From Octopus bimaculoides (lineage: Eukaryota), in NCBI RefSeq assembly GCF_001194135.2, contig NC_068982.1, forward strand, positions 1,595,470 through 1,659,469: a stretch of 64,000 nucleotides of DNA. Direction: 5' to 3'. Both the position numbers and the translations under genes were made by a program. Below are positions 27,303 to 39,592 of the stretch, piece after piece. How positions within the stretch are numbered: position 1 is the first letter of the stretch; each line of letters begins with the position of its first letter. The notes below the pieces were generated by a model that searched no databases, was not told the origin of the DNA, and was given only the letters and a program-made list of their open reading frames with translations.

Positions 27303-27670
27303 TTTTTTTTATAGCACTCCGTCGCTTACGATGTCGAGGGTTCCAGTTGATCCGATCAACGGAACAGCCTGCTCGTGAAATTAACGTGCCAGTGGCTGAG
27401 CACTCCACAGACACGTGTACCCTTAACGTAGTTCTCGGGGATATTCAGTGTGACACAGTGTGACAAGGCTGACCCTTTGAATTACAGGCACAACAAAAAG
27501 AGAAAGTAAGGGTGAGAGAAAGTTGTGGTTCGCCACCACCCCCTGCCGGAGCCTCGTGGAACTTTAGGTGTTTTCGCTCAATAAACACTCACAACGCCCG
27601 GTCTGGGAATGGAAAGCGCGATCCTATGACTGCGAGTTCGCTGCCCTAACCACTGGGCCATTGCGCCTCC
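27303..27670 (-). mobile_element. tRNA-derived SINE family D, near full length
   Basis: The minus strand begins ggaggcgcaaTGGCCCAGTGGTTAGggcagcgaactcgcagtcataggatcgcg (tRNA-like head). It continues through ttgtgagtgtttattgagcgaaaacacctaaa (CORE-like) and ends ...cgtaagcgacggagtgctataaaaaaaa. Confidence 0.82.
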
Positions 27671-29920
27671 ACAACCCCCCAAGAACCTAACACTGCGTAT
27701 ACCTCTGCCCTCCCTTACCGATATAAACCCGAAGTATCTCCCATATGCCACCCTTCCTCCCAAAATTTAAGCATAGTAACACACACCCCATCCCACTGCG
27801 ATTGCAGGTCCCATGTCTGCTATTGTCTATTGACATCCACGTCAGCGTGAACCTTCTTACCATACGCGTGTGCATTTTGTTATTGAGAGGGTTTGAGAGC
27901 AGCGGCATGGAGTGTGTGCAGTGTGGAGTCGGTTGCCGACAGAGCATATTAAGTCTTCTCTCGTTATTATACTGCTTACAACACCATCATAATTGAGACC
28001 TGGCACAAAAGACTAAAGACCAAAAGGTAAATTGTAGGGTCATGACTTGTATGATCTACGCAAACGTTCTTTTTATGAAATTAAATATATTTGAATGCAA
28101 ACTAGAATTTAACAAATATTCTTCATACTCTCGTCTGTACATAAGCTTTATTGATGTTTCTAAATAAGCGTAATAAAGGTAAATTCTGAAGAACAATAAT
28201 GTTCATTCATATCTCTATATTATTAATAAACTTTTTAAATCCAGGTTAGAGATTATTAGAATTTCTAGCATCGCGCAATTGTTTACCAGAAATATATAAT
28301 CGAATACTATAAGTTGAACTATCACGCGGTTTATTTTTAATATTTATTATCAGCCGTATCCTTCAATTTACCATTTCACATTAAAAGATACGCCTTCACG
28401 TATAAAGAGACATTTGGCTTTATTTTTCATACGTCAGAACATCTCTCTATTATTACCATATTATAAAACTACAGTAAGAAAGATTGTAAGATTTTTACTA
28501 TTGCATCGATTAGCCGTGTATTCATGATAATAGATTAAATAATAATAGTAAAGTAACAAAGACACACAAATTACATTGCATTTGTACAAAATTGTTTTTT
28601 TCTTTTTGCTATTATATTATGGAATATTTTATTACTGTTTGACTTTGTATTGTTGTTGTTGGAGAGAGAAGCTTCTCTTGTACACACACACGTACCACAC
28701 ACACACATTATTTTTCTTACATTTCTCTTTTGAATGTGAAAAGGAAGTAAAAGAAAATCGTATCATTTAATCGCCAGATCGACACCAACAAGAAACAAGA
28801 AAGAATATAGCACGCATGCTCCCGATAATGACACCAACAAGAAATAATAAACACATTTGTTCACAAAGACATATAATAATCTAAATATATAACATTGATT
28901 GTTGAAATTATTTTCGAATTATACCTGACCAAAAAGAAATAAAAGAGAGAGAGAGAGAAAAACGGTAAAAATCTAACGGGAATAGAATGTCCTCATATTT
29001 AGATAAGCAACCTGTTCGTAGATATTTCACCATATCCTTTTATGTTTGTATCAATATTTATATTTTTAATCTTTTTTCATGATATTTGTCCAAGCTTCAG
29101 CAGAATTGATTTCATATCTTCTGAGACTACTAACTTGAATATAGGACAAAAATATACCGAAGTAGAGGAGAAATAATCTTAGTATTTTATGATAAAACAC
29201 ACTGCTTTAAATACAAAATAATGCATATCTCTAATTGTATTCTTTTCTTTTTGCTTTTAACTTATCGAACATAAAGTTGTTTCCGCATATTTATCGTTGG
29301 TGAACTTCAAATTAAAGCCAATCCAAAGGTAACTGAGAAAATAATATTTGCCAATGGCAAATTTGATAACAAGTGTGGGAAGAATATATATATATATATA
29401 TGTATAAATATATATTTATATACATATTCACACACATACACACACACATATATATTTACACACTAATACACACACATACAAATACACACATATGTACACA
29501 AACCCAGTTACACACATCTGCTTGATGAAACGTAATCCATTAATAGCGCAGCATGTGGAAATGGACTTCATGCTCGAGACAGATTTCTGGTTTCAGAAGA
29601 ATTTGCTAGCAAGAAGTAATCGAATTTATTCCGAACGAACGCACATATTTATACATTTATATCAGTTATTTAGGCTTTTTACTGGTAAAATAGTAGTCAA
29701 TGAATAAAAAACCGGTTTTTAACGATGACTCAAGACCACTTCTTTTTAATTTCAACATCATCTGTCGTTGCACATATGTTTCTATGTGCAAGTGTTTGGC
29801 ACGAATTTTAGTGTATATCTGTATCCTGAGCTTTACACACTCACACCCCTCCACACACAAACCCACACACATCGTTATATGTAAAGGTAACTTGCCTTAT
29901 TATTCATACCCCCACCCACC

Positions 29921-30149
29921 ATATATATAAATTAAAAAAAACTGGAACAAGAACGCAACAGACGACAATAAGACATCCGGACAGATAGACGATACAAAGA
30001 CAGAAAGGAAAAAAAAACAGCAAAAACACGGACAGGTAAAAAAACAAGGATGGTTCATTCGCAGCATTCTCTTCTTAGCCAAGTTTCCTGACAGTCTTTC
30101 TGTTGTTCTTCTTGTTGCATTCTTGTTCCATTTTTTAAATTTATATATA
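29921..30149. mobile_element. Small foldback element with about 40-60 bp inverted arms and a heavily degenerate hammerhead-like remnant (minus strand, about 30050-30085)
   Basis: atatataaattaaaaaaaactggaacaagaacgcaaca (29923-29960) matches the reverse complement of 30113-30149. Confidence 0.6.
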
Positions 30150-30187
30150 CATATAGCGGCGTACGTATACCTTTGCTCACCTTGTAA

Positions 30188-30877
30188 NNNNNNNNNNNNN
30201 NNNNNNNNNNNNNNNNNNNNNNNNNNNNNNNNNNNNNNNNNNNNNNNNNNNNNNNNNNNNNNNNNNNNNNNNNNNNNNNNNNNNNNNNNNNNNNNNNNNN
30301 NNNNNNNNNNNNNNNNNNNNNNNNNNNNNNNNNNNNNNNNNNNNNNNNNNNNNNNNNNNNNNNNNNNNNNNNNNNNNNNNNNNNNNNNNNNNNNNNNNNN
30401 NNNNNNNNNNNNNNNNNNNNNNNNNNNNNNNNNNNNNNNNNNNNNNNNNNNNNNNNNNNNNNNNNNNNNNNNNNNNNNNNNNNNNNNNNNNNNNNNNNNN
30501 NNNNNNNNNNNNNNNNNNNNNNNNNNNNNNNNNNNNNNNNNNNNNNNNNNNNNNNNNNNNNNNNNNNNNNNNNNNNNNNNNNNNNNNNNNNNNNNNNNNN
30601 NNNNNNNNNNNNNNNNNNNNNNNNNNNNNNNNNNNNNNNNNNNNNNNNNNNNNNNNNNNNNNNNNNNNNNNNNNNNNNNNNNNNNNNNNNNNNNNNNNNN
30701 NNNNNNNNNNNNNNNNNNNNNNNNNNNNNNNNNNNNNNNNNNNNNNNNNNNNNNNNNNNNNNNNNNNNNNNNNNNNNNNNNNNNNNNNNNNNNNNNNNNN
30801 NNNNNNNNNNNNNNNNNNNNNNNNNNNNNNNNNNNNNNNNNNNNNNNNNNNNNNNNNNNNNNNNNNNNNNNNNNNNN
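30188..30877. other. Assembly gap. Other gaps are at about 5205-5334, 7500-7545, 8785-9644, 11235-11382, 12203-12580, 17127-17530, 19554-19563, 25430-25536, 33068-33622, 45272-45281, 46959-47270 and 49419-50023.
   Basis: Runs of N, most of them bounded by (TA)n or other microsatellites. Confidence 0.98.
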
Positions 30878-30959
30878 ATACTTAGAGATAGTAATATTTT
30901 TGCCAATTAAGCACTTTAGTTTTTATTCCTATTATTTTAAAATTCTTTCGTCACGCATT

Positions 30960-31560
30960 TTGTGACCTCATTAGTGACTCTGTTTCTTGTGTCTCCTCTT
31001 GTCCAGCTCATTCCAATCATCCAGTCAACATCATGGTGTTTGGCGTGATCACTAGTGATGGCGACGTTATGCCTCCATTCATCTTCTCACATGGCCTCAG
31101 ACTCAAAACAGAGGCCTACACGAGTGCTGCACTGGGTCAAGCGGGTGGCTGCTGGAAGACCCAATGTCTGGCCACAGGACTCTGCACCATGCAACACAAG
31201 CAGGAGAACTTAGTTGTGGCTATCAGACAATTTCTGCAACTACATAACACTTAAAATCTGACCACGTAACTCTCCAGACTGCAACCCCCTTAATTATTAT
31301 GTGTCAGGCACGGTTGAGCAAGAGACCAACAAAATTCTTTGTAACACCAAAGATGAATTGAAAGCAAGGATTATGGCAGCATTGATCACCTTAATCAATG
31401 AGACCGTCCAGAAGAGTTGCAGAAGATTCCGAAGTCGTCTGGCAGTGGTGTTTCAAAATAGTTTTATGTAATTTTGGTAAATATATCTGATAAAATAAGA
31501 TGCCAGTGTTACTATCATTTTCCCGCAATTTAGACCACTATATAATTCGCCGCACACATA
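30960..31560 (+). mobile_element. Tc1/mariner-superfamily transposase 3' half (DDD catalytic region), decayed
   Basis: Frames read MVFGVITSDGDVMPPFIF, RVAAGRPNVWPQDSAPCNTSRRT, *PRNSPDCNPLNYYV and NTKDELKARIMAA...CRRFRSRL. Confidence 0.88.
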
Positions 31561-31722
31561 CACACACACATTTATAAATGCATGTGTATGTATAAACATA
31601 TATTCATACATGTACATAATATTTACAAATATATACTTAAAATATTATATATATATATATTTGACCGTTGACTGAACACTATTCAATTTTTTTTCTCCGT
31701 GTTTTTCTCCTTGTCTCCGTAT

Positions 31723-31759
31723 TCTTTCTGTTGAAGAGCGTAGCTCGAAACGTCAAAGA
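31723..31759 (+). ncRNA. Minimal type I hammerhead-like motif (family H3), A6-to-U variant core
   Basis: TCTTT CTGTTGA a GAGC gta GCTC GAAAC GTC AAAGA. Stem I (5 bp) and stem II (4 bp) are perfect, the site is GUC, and stem III is reduced to palindromic ACGT. It lies in a short repeat at about 31665-31850 between TA tracts. Confidence 0.68.
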
Positions 31760-33622
31760 CTTTCCGTATTCCCGAGCGTCATACTAATATATACTTTTGT
31801 TATTTACACCACCTGTCCTCGTCTGTTGTTATTTTTTGTATATTCTCCCATATATATATATATATATATATATCTATATACGCACACACATATATATATA
31901 TATGTGTGTGTGTGCGGGGAGCATAAATTAATTGGTTTAAATAAGAGGCCGAGAATGACTATAGTCTATTTGACACAGAATCTCTTGAATTAAATCTATT
32001 TATAGAGACTGGACCAATTTCCTTATTTCCGTATTTGTATGGCCTATGTCAATGAATACAACACGATTTTAACATGATTCAACAAAATGTTAAGTGCTTG
32101 TACATAGGTCTTCATACTTCTAAATGTACCTCCATAAATAATTTCAAGATAGAATGAAATTCTGCTTGTGTACATATCCACCTGTGTAAACCTGAAGGAT
32201 AAGCATGTGAGATTTATTGTGTGGAGCATGGGGAAACGCTCTGACGTGGTAAGAAGTATTCCTATATTTAGTACGAGTCAAATAATTTCAATGAGTGTTG
32301 TTAGCTGATATCTTCGACCCATGCACTTGAAAGTTACTTTATTCTATCAATTCTAAAATGATGGAAAGCAAAGTTGGACGCAGTGGGTTTCGAAACCACA
32401 ACTTAAATCGTGGACGGAATGCCGCAAGATGTAGTATCCAATACTGAAATGACTTTGTTAATTAACTACTTCTAGAATAGAAATAACAATATGTATTACG
32501 TGTTCGTCAGCGATTCTTTTAATGAATATTATAGTCCAGTTATTGCAAATCAAATATACAGTGTACTTCGTTATTCAATACATAAAATATGTTGACTATA
32601 ATATATAAAACAAGATTAGCATAAATCCTTCCTGGTTATCATTTTTAAAACTAATTGTTCATTTCTGATATTTCTTGGCACATTCTTGTATTGAATGTTT
32701 GATTATATCAGAACATATCCATTCATTTTTAGTTGATTTCTTCATCTTAAAAACCTCTGAAATTTCTATGGAAATTTCACACATACGTCCCGAAACGTCA
32801 GTTTGAAATTTTTCATTGTATTAGAAAAATTGTAACATATTAAAATGCATATATATTTAGTTAGACACTGAGAAAATATCCTGAGTAACAGAATTAATAG
32901 TCAGGAAATCTATAATTCAATCAATTTAGTCATAGGTTATGATTAAGCTGAATCGATTTGTAGATGTGTCCAAGTAAGTTTTAACACAATTTCGGCTTAT
33001 TCTCAAGCAAATAAATAAATACTGCATTTTCTGGAATATATGTATGTATGTATATATATATATATATNNNNNNNNNNNNNNNNNNNNNNNNNNNNNNNNN
33101 NNNNNNNNNNNNNNNNNNNNNNNNNNNNNNNNNNNNNNNNNNNNNNNNNNNNNNNNNNNNNNNNNNNNNNNNNNNNNNNNNNNNNNNNNNNNNNNNNNNN
33201 NNNNNNNNNNNNNNNNNNNNNNNNNNNNNNNNNNNNNNNNNNNNNNNNNNNNNNNNNNNNNNNNNNNNNNNNNNNNNNNNNNNNNNNNNNNNNNNNNNNN
33301 NNNNNNNNNNNNNNNNNNNNNNNNNNNNNNNNNNNNNNNNNNNNNNNNNNNNNNNNNNNNNNNNNNNNNNNNNNNNNNNNNNNNNNNNNNNNNNNNNNNN
33401 NNNNNNNNNNNNNNNNNNNNNNNNNNNNNNNNNNNNNNNNNNNNNNNNNNNNNNNNNNNNNNNNNNNNNNNNNNNNNNNNNNNNNNNNNNNNNNNNNNNN
33501 NNNNNNNNNNNNNNNNNNNNNNNNNNNNNNNNNNNNNNNNNNNNNNNNNNNNNNNNNNNNNNNNNNNNNNNNNNNNNNNNNNNNNNNNNNNNNNNNNNNN
33601 NNNNNNNNNNNNNNNNNNNNNN

Positions 33623-33657
<35 letters not shown>

Positions 33658-33664
33658 TATATAA

Positions 33665-33870
33665 TTTTAAAAAAAACGAAGAAAAACATAAGAACAGAAA
33701 CAACAACGCAAGGACGTGGTACATGTGAAGTATTAGCAGACGGTCAGGGAAGGAAAGAAAGGGTGTTTTATGTTTTCAGCAAAGCTCTTCTTCAGAAACA
33801 GGAGACAGAGGAAAGTCCAAGGGAAACGAAGGCGAAGGAAAACAAATCGCCAACAATCCACATGTAGTTA
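33665..33870 (-). mobile_element. H3-related short repeat with a hammerhead-like motif at 33765-33799
   Basis: The minus strand reads GTTT CTGAAGA a gagc ttt gctg aaaac ata AAAC. The downstream sequence (gaccgtctgctaatac...accacgtccttgcgttgttgttt) resembles 31775-31830. Confidence 0.58.
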
Positions 33871-33883
33871 CATTTATCTATAG

Positions 33884-33927
<44 letters not shown>

Positions 33928-34735
33928 ATGCGTGCGTGCGTGCGTGTGTGTGTCTTAGACTGAAAAATCGGTCAATTTATGGCGTTTTGCAATCCCTGTT
34001 ATATCTAATCCCCCCTTAAAGAAAGCAAACTGAAAATTTTATTTCGATTTTTTTATGAAACAAACTTTTATTTGTGAAAATACTTATAATTTACAGGTGT
34101 ATATGATGAAGTGTCTGAGTCTAAATACATGACAAACATTTCATTATGGGATTAATGTCATGCGTTCTTTAGGCTTATTGCTTTGTATTAGGTTCTATAT
34201 AATATTTATGGAACAAAAGGACAGCTCAATGGAGATCAGGCAATGCATTTATAGGAAAGAATTATTGAATACCCTGTCTGGTTCCAAATTTTTGGAATAA
34301 ATTAAGGGACAGAACTGTGAAGATATATGTCCAAAGCTCTAGAATGTAGATGAGTAGATGCGTGAATTTAAAGAAGAATAACGGTAATATTTGTTCGACA
34401 CAAAGGTTGTAGATGTACATGTCAAACTTTTAGGGGGAGCACATTTGTAAAGACTACAGTTTATTTAGAAAACAACGGAAGACCAGCGCCTACGAACCTT
34501 CCATTGTTCAGGTTTTTCGATACGCGTAAAAGGGAAGTAAAATGTTCTCAAACCAGATAACTAAAATGTATGATTGCAATAAAGGCATCCAATCTCCTGG
34601 TAGTGAAACAGACTGTGTCAGTTTGAAATCTACCATCTAAAAAAACACAACGCAGAGGACCGCCTCAAGGTAATATATTGTATACTCTAAAGATCCTACT
34701 AAGTCAGCGTTCCGAGCTGGTGCTTTACTTTAATC

Positions 34736-35469
34736 CAAAGGTTCCCAAACGGTGCAGTGCGCCTCATAGGAGCGGCGGAAGAGGATAGCAGGCGAGGCGA
34801 AATGATTAAAAGACAAATATTTAGAAACAGTTTCATAAATTCATATTCTAAAAATAAGTATGATTTCAAATTTTAAAATATTATTATGGATTACCTGTAA
34901 TTTCATGCAAGAGTCCCAGTATAAATAATTATAAATAATTATTGACCGATTCTATCATTGTGATATTTTTGCATTATATCACGTGTTAAGAATATAGTAA
35001 CAAGGATCCACATATTGGAGGAGAAAGTTATCAATGATAATGTTCTGACTTCGAATCCGCAGTGATCTCCCTTTGAACAACTCTGCCGTAGCGCTGCTTG
35101 CGCCTTTTCACCGGGATCGGGACTTCGCTTCCCCTCAGCTGGTGTCTTCGTTTCCGGCATTACGGTCATTGAAAACAAACAAAAAAAAAAATAATAAAAA
35201 AGCTATACACAGGGTCAGATCTTAATCCTTTCAGATCACGGACACACATTTCTTTTTTTAAATGATCGAAAGCATCACGTGATAACAAGAACGATCAGAT
35301 TCCATTTGGCATTCCAGAATCGTCCAATAAACAGGGTATTGAAGAAGACACGTCAAATTCTACAACAGAAGCAGGCCCAAGTAAACGTCTAAAAAAATAG
35401 AGTTGGTGAGGCGCGAGCAAATTGTCATTCAGAAAATTCGGCTCAGAGAACAAAGTTTGGGAACCACTA
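34736..35469. mobile_element. Non-autonomous hAT (Charlie-like) element
   Basis: 15-bp TIRs caaaggttcccaaac and gtttgggaaccacta. The 8-bp flanks ctttaatc and ttttaatg match at 6/8 (degenerate TSD). Confidence 0.75.
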
Positions 35470-35769
35470 TTTTAATGTATGCACCAAATAAATGCTAATT
35501 AAAATTCTCTTGAATATAATTTCACCTCAGAAACTAAGAACAAATACTACACTAATTTTCTGCTAATACTTCATCTATTGAATAAGCCTTCATGTTTTTG
35601 AGTCTAACATTATAGGAGGACTGTTTAGCGAAATATTAAATAATTCTAATAAAATAGTTACTCTTGTATAGTTATTGCTGCTCACTCTATTGAACTATTT
35701 TGCGATGCTTTTACTGAATATCCTATGTGGAAAGGTAAAATCTGATTATAACGGTTTCATATGTGGAAA

Positions 35770-36175
35770 CTAACGCAACAAAGTTTGGTCGTTCTACAAG
35801 TGCCTACTGCTTCAACACAGAAGGGCTTAACCGTCCACTTAGCGTGCATTTTCCTTTCGCCAGTTCACTATAGAACAGTCTCTTGGAAAGTCGCATTCCA
35901 AGAGTCAGGCATTTGAACAAAGTGACCTGGCTACTTGATTTGCACTCTCCTCAGCAGTGCGTAAATGCTTGGAACACCAGCTAGAGAGGAGAACTTCATG
36001 TCTAGGAGTTTGTTTTTCCAGCTGATTTTCAACAGCTTTCTCAGGAAGTTCACGTGGATGCGGTTTAACTTTTGGCATCGCGTTCGAAAATCGTCCACGT
36101 CCTGCAGGCGTACAGTAATGTAGGTAGTACAACTTCTTGGTACACTTTCAACTTGGTAACTTCAGCAGTGCGGGG
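35770..36175 (-). pseudogene. RTE-clade (BovB-like) LINE, C-terminal fragment of ORF
   Basis: Minus frames read TKLKVYQEVVLPTLLYACRTWTIF, LNRIHVNFLRKLLKISWKNK, GVPSIYALLRRVQIK*PGH and RLSKRLFYSELAKGK. Confidence 0.87.
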
Positions 36176-36684
36176 TCTGGCAATACCCGAGGCCTTTGTG
36201 TGAAGAAAAGTGTAATTAACAGACGTATGTTCGGAAAAATCTCATTTCAAATTACACATAAAGTAAGAATTCTGTCAAAGATTTGTATTAGCAGGAAAAC
36301 TTCAGATAAATCAATTTTACAAGACAACCATGTTTATTAATAATTTAGAAATTACTCAGTGCATATCAATATATAATGAGCAAACTAATCAGGCTAATTG
36401 TATCTTTGAATTTCAGGCACCTACATCCACATAAGACGTCTAAGAAATATATAGAACCTATTTTGAAACAATTCCGAATGGAAGAACTTTTAGTTTCAAA
36501 CAAGTATCATTATTTATTCCCCCTCTCTCTTTCTTTCTATATTTCTCTCTCTCTCTCTCTCTCTCACTCCATCACTCTCTATCCCTTTCTCCCTCTCTCG
36601 CGCAAAACACATATATGCGCACACACATGCGCGCACATATATAAAATCCATGCACATACAGACAGTGATATATACATTTACGAA

Positions 36685-36767
36685 GGCGGCGAGCTGGCAG
36701 AGACGTTAGCACGCCGGGCAAAATGCATAGAGGTACTTCGTTTGTCTTTACGTTCTGAGTTCAAATT
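36685..36767 (+). mobile_element. SINE family A, head only
   Basis: ggcggcgagctggcagagacgttagcacgccgggc...gttctgagttcaaatt, then truncated. Confidence 0.85.
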
Positions 36768-36830
36768 ACAAGGAGTGGCTATAACGGGCATGCGAGAAGC
36801 AAGACGATTTATCTATACACCTCCCCCCAC

Positions 36831-36875
<45 letters not shown>

Positions 36876-37604
36876 TACATATGCGTGTTTGCATGTGTTT
36901 ACATTTATACACACACACACACACATGTGTGTGTTTGTGTGCGTGTGCGTGCGAGAAGGCCATGACACGTTTATGACTTTCCGCTGCCCTGAGATTTGCT
37001 TTATTTTATCTCACTTAACTGACAAGGTATCTACCTGGCCTTAATGTCTTTAACGTCACGTCTGTGTTTCTTTTACGACCACATAACCAGTTTTGGCTCT
37101 AAACTAATTAAGGTAACTATTGTGACATAATAAAGTCGTTTGATCTTTTTGTCGCTTGCATGCCCGTTGTAGCCACTCTTTCTAAGTTTTCTATAAATTC
37201 CAATGTTCTTTTTTAAAAATTCCACTTACACAAAAATATTGGCTGAATTCGTCATCACCAGGATATTATTTCACCTCTTTATACCTATTTAAAATTTTAC
37301 CTGGAGATGACGGATTTACACTATGATATAATCTAATACATGAATAAAATTCTAACGAAGCACCTTTCGTCAAGTTTAAACTCTATTTGTATTCGGTGTT
37401 ATACCTACACCACATCTAGAACCAGCCCTGAGTCAGATCTACGGATTAAATTGTATTTGGTATTTATATATCTACAATATCTTACCAACAAATGATACCT
37501 GCATGGTTGTTTTACCTCATTGTGCACTTTATGTTATGCCTAACCATTTCTGGTGCCCTACGTGTTGATGTGCCTAGATTCTAAGGAATCCTACAACAAA
37601 TCAA

Positions 37605-37652
<48 letters not shown>

Positions 37653-39499
37653 AGTCTGTCTGTCTGTCTGTCTGCCTGTCTGCCTGTCTCCGTGCCTACC
37701 TGTCTGTCAGTCAGTCTGTCTGAGTGTCTGTCTATCTCTCTATCTATCTATATATGACGTTTTTTGGCAAATACATTTAACAAGTAGCATCAGGTTCCCA
37801 ATAACACATGTATGGAAGATGAAAGAAATCTTTGCAGAAATCCCGAATAAACATAAATAAATGAATGAAATATGCAGGTGTTTGAACATGCTCCGTCATT
37901 AATAGTTTCTATACAAGTTAATGATTATATTTTATTAATAATTGGTCATTATAATCATTAGTGCAGATTAACACAGAAACTTCTCTCCCTGTATGTCGGT
38001 TTGTCCCCCCTCTCTACCTCTCCGTTTCTCACACACACACACAAAGTCTTTCTTTCAATTTCTCTCTGTTTTGAAAACATATAAACGGACTAAGAGCCAA
38101 CTGTATTAATTTATATCGATTATGCTCGATCAGTTTGCTAATAATTGCAGTATGTTCATAAGTCCCATGTTACTGATTACATCCAATCTTGCGTTCATAA
38201 TCCATTTCAAAATCGATATTAAAGACATGTAGTTCTTAAAACAATTTCTGATTCTCATTTCCCCCAATAGGACATTTAGTTGACAGGAATAATGGATACG
38301 AATGATCGATCGGTTGATATTAGAATTATTTGTGTTCTGATCAGGTTTGCTTAGCGTGCCGTGTTTCTAGTTCCATGCAAACATTACAGTATGCAGGAAT
38401 AGTCGAGCAACCTTTTGATCTGCATTGGTGAAGAACCGAGGGAATTGCTTCAGCTGACATCAAATACGAAAATAAAAATGCTCGCAAATACTTTTAAATT
38501 TGCCATTTACGTTTATGTAAGTTGTTTTAAATGAGATATTGAAGACATGAGGCACTTCATCAACGGGTTAACTAATCGTTTTTTACTTCAAAAAGCAAAC
38601 ATTTTTCGCTCTACTCACAATGAAATCCAAATTTACAAGATATGAAAGTGCCAGCTTTTGATTTACTTAATAAAACAGATCAATGATCGTGATACAATAC
38701 GATCAATACAATACGAAATAATATTTCATGGAGTGCAAAGGCTGAGAGTTTATAATATTCATCTTAGTAATCCATATGAAATTTATTACCGTAATGGACT
38801 TCTTCATTTTCCAACAGTTATCTAGCGATATGCAATTAATTAAGCAAGTGCCACCATGGAAAATTTATATCCTGAAAATAAAAAAAGAGAAAAGGCTCAA
38901 TGTAGTTGATTTAACAAATAATCTAGCAGTCACAAAAATAACATGTCATCATGAAGTGAAGTGAAGATTGAAACGAAATTTATTATCCAGAAAATTATAG
39001 ATTATTATACTACTAACATTTTACGGTGATACGAAACAATATGTATTTAAGTCTAAGGTAAAGACGATTGAATCAACTGAGGCATAAGAGTGACGTATTG
39101 TCTTATAAAATCTATACAAAATTAGGGTAAAAGTTAATCAAAGCATTATTTGAAGTCATTGATGTTCGTTCCGCTCCTCTTTCCTCGAAATACTATAATC
39201 ATGCAAGTATGAAAATGTTGGCTACATACACTTGTGTTAAAATCTATGCATTCGATATTTAATTGTTTGAATAAATTATTTTATATTTAAATACGAAGCC
39301 CCTCCGTGAAATATTAATGCCTGATGAATATTTGACTGATGATTGCCCAGTCATTTGTCATCTACAGTCATTATCTTTTATTCTTATCTCATTCCAAAAC
39401 CACGCACGGACTCCTTGCTTCATTGTAATTCACTGAGTATCTATAGAATACATCATTAATTCTCTGGTGAAGGACGCCGCATTGGATATGTACGTTTAT

Positions 39500-39503
<4 letters not shown>

Positions 39504-39590
<87 letters not shown>
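39504..39590. repeat. (CA)n microsatellite
   Basis: Direct inspection. Confidence 0.97.

Positions 39591-39592
<2 letters not shown>

Noticed and set aside
27600-27670. tRNA gene
   Set aside because: It is the tRNA-like head of a SINE. The cloverleaf and B-box are degenerate and it continues into the SINE body.
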